Shown piece by piece: positions 1-11,800 of a stretch of DNA of 60,824 nucleotides (position 1 is the stretch's first letter; each line of letters begins with the position of its first letter). The translations under genes and the position numbers were made by a program. The notes under the pieces were generated by a model. That model did not search any database. It saw nothing but the letters and a program-made list of their open reading frames with translations, and was not told where the DNA came from. This stretch comes from Utricularia gibba (lineage: Eukaryota; Plantae; Magnoliophyta), in the NCBI GenBank assembly GCA_002189035.1, contig NEEC01000226.1, positions 1-60,824 on the forward strand, in the 5' to 3' direction.

Positions 1-3000
1 ACCGCAATCGACGCGAATGTCATTTCATGCATGCAAAACAAATGCATTTCATTCGACGATGTTAAATTTCGGATTTCGAGGCGATCCGTTACAGTGCCTC
101 AGGTGCGGTCCAACCCACACCTCATGATGGCCTCGTGCACTGCTTGGTATCTCGTCGATATCTTGCAAACCGTAGTGAGTCACGCTTTGCTTGATATAGC
201 GTTACGAAGCTCGCTCCGAGCCGGTCGAATTTCGTGTTCAAAGTTTCTCATCCGACGAACCGTTACAGCTCGTATTTTTGCCTGATAATAGCCCACACTT
301 GCCACAAAGTGGCCACCACGTACGCGACAATGCGACTGAGGACACGCAATCGACGCGAATGTCATTTCATGCATGCAAAACAAATGCATTTCATTGACGA
401 TGTTAAATTTCGGATTTCGAGGCGATCCGTTACAGTGCCTCAGGTGCGGTCCAACCCACACCTCATGATGGCCTCGTGCACTGCTTGGTATCTCGTCGAT
501 ATCTTGCAAACCGTAGTGAGTCACGCTTTGCTTGATATAGCGTTACGAAGCTCGCTCCGAGCCGGTCGAATTTCGTGTTCAAAGTTTCTCATCCGACGAA
601 CCGTTACAGCTCGTATTTTTGCCTGATAATAGCCCACACTTGTGCCACAAAGTGGCCACCACGTACGCGACAATGCGACTGAGGACACCGCAATCGACGC
701 GAATGTCATTTCATGCATGCAAAACAAATGCATTTCATTCGACGATGTTAAATTTCGGATTTCGAGGCGATCCGTTACAGTGCCTCAGGTGCGGTCCAAC
801 CCACACATGATGGCCTCGTGCACTGCTTGGTATCTCGTCGATATCTTGCAAACCGTAGTGAGTCACGCTTTGCTTGATATAGCGTTACGAAGCTCGCTCC
901 GAGCCGGTCGAATTTCGTGTTCAAAAGTTTCTCCATCCGACGAACCGTTACAGCTCGTATTTTTGCCTGATAATAGCCCACACTTGTGCCACAAAGTGGC
1001 CACCACGTACGCGACAATGCGACTGAGGACACCGCAATCGACGCGAATGTCATTTCATGCATGCAAAACAAATGCATTTCATTCGACGATGTTAAATTTC
1101 GGATTTCGAGGCGATCCGTTACAGTGCCTCAGGTGCGGTCCAACCCACACCTCATGATGGCCTCGTGCACTGTTGGTATCTCGTCGATATCTTGCAAACC
1201 GTAGTGAGTCACGCTTTGCTTGATATAGCGTTACGAAGCTCGCTCCGAGCCGGTCGAATTTCGTGTTCAAAGTTTCTCCATCCGACGAACCGTTACAGCT
1301 CGTATTTTTGCCTGATAATAGCCCACACTTGTGCCACAAAGTGGCCACCACGTACGCGACAATGCGACTGAGGACACGCAATCGACGCGAATGTCATTTC
1401 ATGCATGCAAAACAAATGCATTTCATTCGACGATGTTAAATTTCGGATTTCGAGGCGATCCGTTACAGTGCCTCAGGTGCGGTCCAACCCACACCTCATG
1501 ATGGCCTCGTGCACTGCTTGGTATCTCGTCGATATCTTGCAAACCGTAGTGAGTCACGCTTTGCTTGATATAGCGTTTCGAAGCTCGCTCCGAGCCGGTC
1601 GAATTTCGTGTTCAAAGTTTCTCCATCCGACGAACCGTTACAGCTCGTATTTTTGCCTGATAATAGCCCACACTTGTGCCACAAAGTGGCCACCACGTAC
1701 GCGACAATGCGACTGAGGACACCAATCGACGCGAATGTCATTTCATGCATGCAAAACAAATGCATTTCATTGACGATGTTAAATTTCGGATTTCGAGGCG
1801 ATCCGTTACAGTGCCTCAGGTGCGGTCCAACCCACACCTCATGATGGCCTCGTGCACTGCTTGGTATCTCGTCGATATCTTGCAAACCGTAGTGAGTCAC
1901 GCTTTGCTTGATATATTACCTCGCTGTCAATTTCGTGTTCCGACCGTTACAGCTCGTATTTTTGCCTGATAATAGCCCACACTTGTGCACAAAGTGGCCA
2001 CACGTACGCGACAATGCGACTGAGGACACCGCAATCGACGCGAATGTCATTTCATGCATGCAAAACAAATGCATTTCATTCGACGATGTTAAATTTCGGA
2101 TTTCGAGGCGATCCGTTACAGTGCCTCAGGTGCGGTCCAACCCACACCTCATGATGGCCTCGTGCACTGCTTGGTATCTCGTCGATATCTTACAAACCGT
2201 AGTGAGTCACGCTTTGCTTGATATAGCGTTACGAAGCTCGCTCCGAGCCGGTCGAATTTCGTGTTCAAAGTTTCTCCATCCGACGAACCGTTACAGCTCG
2301 TATTTTTGCCTGATAATAGCCCACACTTGTGCCACAAAGTGGCCACACGTACGCGACAATGCGACTGAGGACACGCAATCGACGCGAATGTCATTTCATG
2401 CATGCAAAACAAATGCATTTCATTCGACGATGTTAAATTTCGGATTTCGAGGCGATCCGTTACAGTGCCTCAGGTGCGGTCCAACCCACACTCATGATGG
2501 CCTCGTGCACTGCTTGGTATCTCGTCGATATCTTGCAAACCGTAGTGAGTCACGCTTTGCTTGATATAGCGTTACGAAGCTCGCTCCGAGCCGGTCGAAT
2601 TTCGTGTTCAAAGTTTCTCCATCCGACGAACCGTTACAGCTCGTATTTTTGCCTGATAATAGCCCACACTTGTGCCACAAAGTGGCCACCACGTACGCGA
2701 CAATGCGACTGAGGACACCGCAATCGACGCGAATGTCATTTCATGCATGCAAAACAAATGCATTTCATTCGACGATGTTAAATTTCGGATTTCGAGGCGA
2801 TCCGTTACAGTGCCTCAGGTGCGGTCCAACCCACACCTCATGATGGCCTCGTGCACTGCTTGGTATCTCGTCGATATCTTCAACCGTAGTGAGTCACGCT
2901 TTGCTTGATATAGCGTTACGAAGCTCGCTCCGAGCCGGTCGAATTTCGTGTTCAAAGTTTCTCCATCCGACGAACCGTTACAGCTCGTATTTTTGCCTGA

Positions 3001-6000
3001 TAATAGCCCACACTTGTGCCACAAAGTGGCCACCACGTACGCGACAATGCGACTGAGGACACCGCAATCGACGCGAATGTCATTTCATGCATGCAAAACA
3101 AATGCATTTCATTCGACGATGTTAAATTTCGGATTTCGAGGCGATCCGTTACAGTGCCTCAGGTGCGGTCCAACCCACACCTCATGATGGCCTCGTGCAC
3201 TTCTTGGTATCTCGTCGATATCTCAAACCGTAGTGAGTCACGCTTTGCTTGATATAGCGTTTGAAGCTCGCTCCGAGCCGGTCGAATTTCGTGTTCAAAG
3301 TTTCTCCATCCGACGAACCGTTACAGCTCGTATTTTTGCCTGATAATAGCCCACACTTGTGCCACAAAGTGGCCACCACGTACGCGACAATGCGACTGAG
3401 GACACGCAATCGACGCGAATGTCATTTCATGCATGCAAAAACAAATGCATTTCATTCGACGATGTTAAATTCGGATTTCGAGGCGATCCGTTACAGTGCC
3501 TCAGGTGCGGTCCAACCCACACCTCATGATGGCCTCGTGCACTTGTTTGGTATCTCGTCGATATCTTGCAAACCGTAGTGAGTCACGCTTTGCTTGATAT
3601 AGCGTTACGAAGCTCGCTCCGAGCCGGTCGAATTTCGTGTTCAAAGTTTCTCCATCCGACGAACCGTTACAGCTCGTATTTTTGCCTGATAATAGCCCAC
3701 ACTTGTGCCACAAAGTGGCCACCACGTACGCGACAATGCGACTGAGGACACCAATCGACGCGAATGTCATTTCATGCATGCAAAACAAATGCATTTCATT
3801 CGACGATGTTAAATTTCGGATTTCGAGGCGATCCGTTACAGTGCCTCAGGTGCGGTCCAACCACACTCATGATGGCCTCGTGCACTTTGGTATCTCGTCG
3901 ATATCTTGCAAAAGTGAGTCACGCTTTGCTTGATATAGCGTTACGAAGCTCGCTCCGAGCCGGTCGAATTTCGTGTTCAAAGTTTCTCCATCCGACGAAC
4001 CGTTACAGCTCGTATTTTTGCCTGATAATAGCCCACACTTGTGCCACAAAGTGGCCACCACGTACGCGACAATGACTGAGGACACCGCAATCGACGCGAA
4101 TGTCATTTCATGCATGCAAAACAAATGCATTTCATTCGACGATGTTAAATTTCGGATTTCGAGGCGATCCGTTACAGTGCCTCAGGTGCGGTCCAACCCA
4201 CACCTCATGATGGCCTCGTGCACTGCTTGGTATCTCGTCGATATCTTGCAAACCGTAGTGAGTCACGCTTTGCTTGATATAGCGTTACGAAGCTCGCTCC
4301 GAGCCGGTCGAATTTCGTGTTCAAAGTTTCTCCATCCGACGAACCGTTACAGCTCGTATTTTTGCCTGATAATAGCCCACACTTGTGCCACAAAGTGGCC
4401 ACCACGTACGCGACAATGCGACTGAGGACACCGCAATCGACGCGAATGTCATTTCATGCATGCAAAACAATGCATTTCATTGTTCGAGGCGATCCGTTAC
4501 AGTGCAAACCCACACCTCATGATGGCCTCGTGCACTGCTTGGTATCTCGTCGATATCTTGCAAACCGTAGTGAGTCACGCTTTGCTTATATAGCGTTACG
4601 AAGCTCGCTCCGAGCCGGTCGAATTTCGTGTTCAAAGTTTCTCCATCCGACGAACCGTTACAGCTCGTATTTTTGCCTGATAATAGCCCACACTTGTGCC
4701 ACAAAGTTACGCGACAATGCGACTGAGGACACGCAATCGACCGAATGTCATTTCATGCAACTGCATTTCATTGACGATGTTAAATTTCGGATTTCGAGGC
4801 GATCCGTTACAGTGCCTCAGGACCCACACCTCATGATGGCCTCGTGCACTGTTGGTATCTCGTCGATATCTTGCAAACCGTAGTGAGTCACGCTTTGCTT
4901 GATATAGCGTTACGAAGCTCGCTCCGAGCCGGTCGAATTTCGTGTTCAAAGTTTCTCCATCCGACGAACCGTTACAGCTCGTATTTTTGCCTGATAATAG
5001 CCCACACTTGTGCCACAAAGTGGCCACCACGTACGCGACAATGCGACTGAGGACACGCAATCGACGCGAATGTCATTTCATGCATGCAAAACAAATGCAT
5101 TTCATTCGACGATGTTAAATTTCGGATTTCGAGGCGATCCGTTACAGTGCCTCAGGTGCGGTCCAACCCACACCTCATGATGGCCTCGTGCACTGCTTGG
5201 TATCTCGTCGATATCTTGCAAACCGTAGTGAGTCACGCTTTGCTTGATATAGCGTTTCGAAGCTCGCTCCGAGCCGGTCGAATTTCGTGTTCAAAGTTTC
5301 TCCATCCGACGAACCGTTACAGCTCGTATTTTTGCCTGATAATAGCCCACACTTGTGCCACAAAGTGGCCACCACGTACGCGACAATGCGACTGAGGACA
5401 CCAAATCGACGCGAATGTCATTTCATGCATGCAAAACAAATGCATTTCATTCGACGATGTTAAATTTCGGATTTCGAGGCGATCCGTTACAGTGCCTCAG
5501 GTGCGGTCCAACCACACCTCATGATGGCCTCGTGCACTGTTGGTATCTCGTCGATATCTTGCAAACCGTAGTGAGTCACGCTTTGCTTGATATAGCGTTA
5601 CGAAGCTCGCTCCGAGCCGGTCGAATTTCGTGTTCAAAGTTTCTCCATCCGACGAACCGTTACAGCTCGTATTTTTGCCTGATAATAGCCCACACTTGTG
5701 CCCAAAGTGGCCACCACGTACGCGACAATGCGACTGAGGACACCGCAATCGACGCGAATGTCATTTCATGCATGCAAAACAATGCATTTCATTGACGATG
5801 TTAAATTTCGGATTTCGAGGCGATCCGTTACAGTGCCTCAGGTGCGGTCCAACCCACACCTCATGATGGCCTCGTGCACTGCTTGGTATCTCGTCGATAT
5901 CTTGCAAACCGTAGTGAGTCACGCTTTGCTTGATATAGCGTTTCGAAGCTCGCTCCGAGCCGGTCGAATTTCGTGTTCAAAGTTTCTCCATCCGACGAAC

Positions 6001-8683
6001 CGTTACAGCTCGTATTTTTGCCTGATAATAGCCCACACTTGTGCCACAAAGTGGCCACCACGTACGCGACAATGCGACTGAGGACACCGCAATCGACGCG
6101 AATGTCATTTCATGCATGCAAAACAAATGCATTTCATTCGACGATGTTAAATTTCGGATTTCGAGGCGATCCGTTACAGTGCCTCAGGTGCGGTCCAACC
6201 CACACCTCATGATGGCCTCGTGCATGTTGGTATCTCGTCGATATCTTGCAAACCGTAGTGAGTCACGCTTTGCTTGATATAGCGTTTCGAAGCTCGCTCC
6301 GAGCCGGTCGAATTTCGTGTTCAAAGTTTCTCCATCCGACGAACGTTACAGCTCGTATTTTTGCCTGATAATAGCCCACACTTGTGCCACAAAGTGGCCA
6401 CCACGTACGCGACAATGCGACTGAGGACACCGCAATCGACGCGAATGTCATTTCATGCATGCAAAATGCATTTCATTGACGATGTTAAATTTCGGATTTC
6501 GAGGCGATCCGTTACAGTGCCTCAGGTTGGTCCAACCCACACCTCATGATGGCCTCGTGCACTTTGGTATCTCGTCGATATCTTGCAAACCGTAGTGAGT
6601 CACGCTTTGCTTGATATAGCGTTACGAAGCTCGCTCCGAGCCGGTCGAATTTCGTGTTCAAAGTTTCTCCATCCGACGAACCGTTACAGCTCGTATTTTT
6701 GCCTGATAATAGCCCACACTTGTGCCACAAAGTGGCCACCACGTACGCGACAATGCGACTGAGGACACGCAATCGACGCGAATGTCATTTCATGCATGCA
6801 AAACAAATGCATTTCATTCGACGATGTTAAATTTCGGATTTCGAGGCGATCCGTTACAGTGCCTCAGGTGCGGTCCAACCCACACCTCATGATGGCCTCG
6901 TGCACTGCTTGGTATCTCGTCGATATCTTGCAAACCGTAGTGAGTCACGCTTTGCTTGATATAGCGTTACGAAGCTCGCTCCGAGCCGGTCGAATTTCGT
7001 GTTCAAAGTTTCTCCATCCGACGAACCGTTACAGCTCGTATTTTTGCCTGATAATAGCCCACACTTGTGCCACAAAGTGGCCACCACGTACGCGACAATG
7101 CGACTGAGGACACGCAATCGACGCGAATGTCATTTCATGCATGCAAAACAAATGCATTTCATTCGACGATGTTAAATTTCGGATTTCGAGGCGATCCGTT
7201 ACAGTGCCTCAGGTGCGGTCCAACCCACACCTCATGATGGCCTCGTGCACTGCTTGGTATCTCGTCGATATCTTGCAAACCGTAGTGAGTCACGCTTTGC
7301 TTGATATAGCGTTTCGAAGCTCGCTCCGAGCCGTCGAATTTCGTGTTCAAAGTTTCTCCATCCGACGAACGTTACAGCTCGTTTTTGCCTGATAATAGCC
7401 CACACTTGTGCCACAAAGTGGCCACACGTACGCGACAATGCGACTGAGGACACCCAATCGACGCGAATGTCATTTCATGCATGCAAAACAAATGCATTTC
7501 ATTCGACGATGTTAAATTTCGGATTTCGAGGCGATCCGTTACAGTGCCTCAGGTGGGTCCAACCCACACCTCATGATGGCCTCGTGCACTGCTTGGTATC
7601 TCGTCGATATCCAAACCGTAGTGAGTCACGCTTTGCTTGATATAGCGTTACGAAGCTCGCTCCGAGCCGGTCGAATTTCGTGTTCAAAGTTTCTCCATCC
7701 GACGAACCGTTACAGCTCGTATTTTTGCCTGATAATAGCCCACACTTGTGCCACAAAGTGGCCACCACGTACGCGACAATGCGACTGAGGACACCGCAAT
7801 CGACGCGAATGTCATTTCATGCATGCAAAACAAATGCATTTCATTCGACGATGTTAAATTTCGGATTTCGAGGCGATCCGTTACAGTGCCTCAGGTGCGG
7901 TCCAACCCACACTCATGATGGCCTCGTGCACTGCTTGGTATCTCGTCGATATCTTGCAAACCGTAGTGAGTCACGCTTTGCTTGATATAGCGTTAGAAGC
8001 TCGCTCCGAGCCGGTCGAATTTCGTGTTCAAAGTTTCTCCATCCGACGAACCGTTACAGCTCGTATTTTTGCCTGATAATAGCCCACACTTGTGCCACAA
8101 AGTGGCCCACGTACGCGACAATGCGACTGAGGACACCGCAATCGACGCGAATGTCATTTCATGCATGCAAAACAAATGCATTTCATTGGACGATGTTAAA
8201 TTTCGGATTTCGAGGCGATCCGTTACAGTGCCTCAGGTGGTCCAACCCACACCTCATGATGGCCTCGTGCACTGCTTGGTATCTCGTCGATATCTCAAAC
8301 CGTAGTGAGTCACGCTTTGCTTGATATAGCGTTACGAAGCTCGCTCCGAGCCGGTCGAATTTCGTGTTCAAAGTTTCTCATCCGACGAACCGTTACAGCT
8401 CGTATTTTTGCCTGATAATAGCCCACACTTGTGCCACAAAGTGGCCACCACGTACGCGACAATGCGACTGAGGACACCGCAATCGACGCGAATGTCATTT
8501 CATGCATGCAAAACAAATGCATTTCATTCGACGATGTTAAATTTCGGATTTCGAGGCGATCCGTTACAGTGCCTCAGGTGCGGTCCAACCCACACCTCAT
8601 GATGGCCTCGTGCACTGCTTGGTATCTCGTCGATATCTTGCAAACCGTAGTGAGTCACGCTTTGCTTGATATAGCGTTACGAA

Positions 8684-8696
8684 GCTCGCTCCGAGC
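8684..8696. other. Short perfect hairpin GCTCG-CTC-CGAGC in each monomer (consensus 209-221)
   Basis: 5-bp perfect inverted repeat with a 3-nt loop, read directly. Function unknown. Confidence 0.8.
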
Positions 8697-8769
8697 CGGT
8701 CGAATTTCGTGTTCAAAGTTTCTCCATCCGACGAACCGTTACAGCTCGTATTTTTGCCTGATAATAGCC

Positions 8770-8802
8770 CACACTTGTGCCACAAAGTGGCCACCACGTA
8801 CG
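8770..8802. other. Cluster of overlapping short dyads in each monomer (consensus 295-327)
   Basis: CACA-CT-TGTG (295-304), TTGTG-C-CACAA (300-310), GCCAC-AAA-GTGGC (304-316), GTGGCCAC (312-319) and CGTACG (322-327), read directly. Function unknown. Confidence 0.85.
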
Positions 8803-11800
8803 CGACAATGCGACTGAGGACACGCAATCGACGCGAATGTCATTTCATGCATGCAAAACAAATGCATTTCATTCGACGATGTTAAATTTCGGATTTCGAG
8901 GCGATCCGTTACAGTGCCTCAGGTGCGGTCCAACCCACACTCATGATGGCCTCGTGCACTTGGTATCTCGTCGATATCTTGCAAACCGTAGTGAGTCACG
9001 CTTTGCTTGATATAGCGTTTCGAAGCTCGCTCCGAGCCGTCGAATTTCGTGTTCAAAGTTTCTCCATCCGACGTTACAGCTCGTATTTTTGCCTGATAAT
9101 AGCCCACACTTGTGCCACAAAGTGGCCACCACGTACGCGACAATGCGACTGAGGACACCAATCGACGCGAATGTCATTTCATGCATGCAAAACAAATGCA
9201 TTTCATTCGACGATGTTAAATTTCGGATTTCGAGGCGATCCGTTACAGTGCCTCAGGTGCGGTCCAACCCACACCTCATGATGGCCTCGTGCACTGCTTG
9301 GTATCTCGTCGATATCTTGCAAACCGTAGTGAGTCACGCTTTGCTTGATATAGCGTTACGAAGCTCGCTCCGAGCCGGTCGAATTTCGTGTTCAAAGTTT
9401 CTCCATCCGACGAACCGTTACAGCTCGTATTTTTGCCTGATAATAGCCCACACTTGTGCCACAAAGTGGCCACCACGTACGCGACAATGCGACTGAGGAC
9501 ACCGCAATCGACGCGAATGTCATTTCATGCATGCAAAACAAATGCATTTCATTCGACGATGTTAAATTTCGGATTTCGAGGCGATCCGTTACAGTGCCTC
9601 AGGTGCGGTCCAACCCACACCTCATGATGGCCTCGTGCACTGCTTGGTATCTCGTCGATATCTTGCAAACCGTAGTGAGTCACGCTTTGCTTGATATAGC
9701 GTTACGAAGCTCGCTCCGAGCCGGTCGAATTTCGTGTTCAAAGTTTCTCCATCCGACGAACCGTTACAGCTCGTATTTTTGCCTGATAATAGCCCACACT
9801 TGTGCCACAAAGTGGCCACCACGTACGCGACAATGCGACTGAGGAACCGCAATCGACGCGAATGTCATTTCATGCATGCAAAAAAAAATGCATTTCATTG
9901 GACGATGTTAAATTTCGGATTTCGAGGCGATCCGTTACAGTGCCTCGGGGTGGTCCAACCCACACTCATGATGGCCTCGTGCATTGTTTGGTATCTCGTC
10001 GATATCTTGCAAACCGTAGTGAGTCACGCTTTGCTTGATATAGCGTTTCGAAGCTCGCTCCGAGCCGGTCGAATTTCGTGTTCAAAGTTTCTCCATCCGA
10101 CGAACCGTTACAGCTCGTATTTTTGCCTGATAATAGCCCACACTTGTGCCACAAAGTGGCCACCACGTACGCGACAATGCGACTGAGGACACCGCAATCG
10201 ACGCGAATGTCATTTCATGCATGCAAAACAAATGCATTTCATTCGACGATGTTTAAATTTCGGATTTCGAGGCGATCCGTTACAGTGCCTCAGGTGCGGT
10301 CCACCACACCTCATGATGGCCTCGTGCACTGCTTGGTATCTCGTCGATATCTTGCAAACCGTAGTGAGTCACGCTTTGCTTGATATAGCGTTACGAAGCT
10401 CGCTCCGAGCCGGTCGAATTTCGTGTTCAAAGTTTCTCCATCCGACGAACCGTTACAGCTCGTATTTTTGCCTGATAATAGCCCACACTTGTGCCACAAA
10501 GTGGCCACCACGTACGCGACAATGCGAAGGACACCGCAATCGACGCGAATGTCATTTCATGCATGCAAAAAAAATGCATTTCATTCGACGATGTTAAATT
10601 TCGGATTTCGAGGCGATCCGTTACAGTGCCTCCCAACCCACACCTCATGATGGCCTCGTGCACTGTTTGGTATCTCGTCGATATCTTGCAAACCGTAGTG
10701 AGTCACGCTTTGCTTGATATAGCGTTTCGAAGCTCGCTCCGAGCCGGTCGAATTTCGTGTTCAAAGTTTCTCCATCCGACGAACCGTTACAGCTCGTATT
10801 TGCCTGATAATAGCCCACACTTGTGCCACAAAGTGGCCACCACGTACGCGACAATGCGACTGAGGACACCGCAATCGACGCGAATGTCATTTCATGCATG
10901 CAAAACAAATGCATTTCATTGGACGATGTTAAATTTCGGATTTCGAGGCGATCCGTTACAGTGCCTCAGGTGCGGTCCAACCCACACCTCATGATGGCCT
11001 CGTGCACTGCTTGGTATCTCGTCGATATCTTGCAAACCGTAGTGAGTCACGCTTTGCTTGATATAGCGTTACGAAGCTCGCTCCGAGCCGGTCGAATTTC
11101 GTGTTCAAAGTTTCTCCATCCGACGAACCGTTACAGCTCGTATTTTTGCCTGATAATAGCCCACACTTGTCCCACAAAGTGGCCACCACGTACGCGACAA
11201 TGCGACTGAGGACACCACAATCGACGCGAATGTCATTTCATGCATGCAAAACAAATGCATTTCATTCGACGATGTTAAATTTCGGATTTCGAGGCGATCC
11301 GTTACAGTGCCTCAGGTGCGGTCCAACCCACACCTCATGATGGCCTCGTGCACTGCTTGGTATCTCGTCGATATCTTGCAAACCGTAGTGAGTCACGCTT
11401 TGCTTGATATAGCGTTACGAAGCTCGCTCCGAGCCGGTCGAATTTCGTGTTCAAAGTTTCTCCATCCGACGAACCGTTACAGCTCGTATTTTTGCCTGAT
11501 AATAGCCCACACTTGTGCCACAAAGTGGCCACCACGTACGCGACAATGCGACTGAGGACACCGCAATCGACGCGAATGTCATTTCATGCATGCAAAAACA
11601 ATGCATTTCATTCGACGATGTTAAATTTCGGATTTCGAGGCGATCCGTTACAGTGCCTCAGGTGCGGTCCAACCCACACCTCATGATGGCCTCGTGCACT
11701 GCTTGGTATCTCGTCGATATCTTGCAAACCGTAGTGAGTCACGCTTTGCTTGATATAGCGTTACGAAGCTCGCTCCGAGCCGGTCGAATTTCGTGTTCAA

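Larger units (their letters stand above)
8476..8821 (+). repeat. Reference full-length consensus monomer (346 bp)
   Basis: Read base by base; matches the majority sequence. Carries single SphI, Bsu36I, BspHI, ApaLI, EcoRV, MscI and BsiWI sites and two NsiI sites, so these enzymes should give a 346-bp ladder. Confidence 0.97.

Noticed and set aside
8520-8536. Similarity to human HSATII (CATTCGA...GATG) or to telomeric TCAGG
   Set aside because: These are single short matches with no tandem pentamer structure.
8623-8710. 5S rRNA or tRNA/SINE origin (ATCTCGTCGATATCT resembles part of 5S; GGTCGAAT and the minus-strand GGTTCG resemble a B box)
   Set aside because: The similarity stops after about 10 bases, there is no 5S internal control region or cloverleaf, the B-box matches are incomplete, and A-to-B spacing is too short.
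8501-8800. Transcription-factor motifs: RY element CATGCATG, AP-1/GCN4 TGAGTCA, ABRE-like TACGTGG (- strand)
   Set aside because: These are 7-8-bp matches with no gene, core promoter or host context, so they cannot be told from chance or called regulatory.
8684-8820. Resemblance to an AAV/parvovirus ITR (GCTCGCTC, TGGCCAC, ACTGAGG/CCTCAG, AAA-loop hairpin)
   Set aside because: The pieces are scattered and in the wrong order, there are only two GCTC units, no long terminal palindrome, and no rep or cap sequence.
8476-8821. Canonical CENP-B box (NTTCGNNNNANNCGGGN)
   Set aside because: I checked each TTCG on both strands. The best case (- strand TTCGTCGGATGGAGA) lacks CGGG.
8814-8840. Hammerhead ribozyme or retrozyme (CTGAGGA fits the CUGANGA core; unit size matches retrozymes)
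   Set aside because: The + strand consensus has no GAAA to complete the core (only GAAT follows) and no proper stem II. The - strand has GAAA but no CUGANGA (CTGAGGC only). An Infernal/Rfam search of a consensus dimer would settle it.
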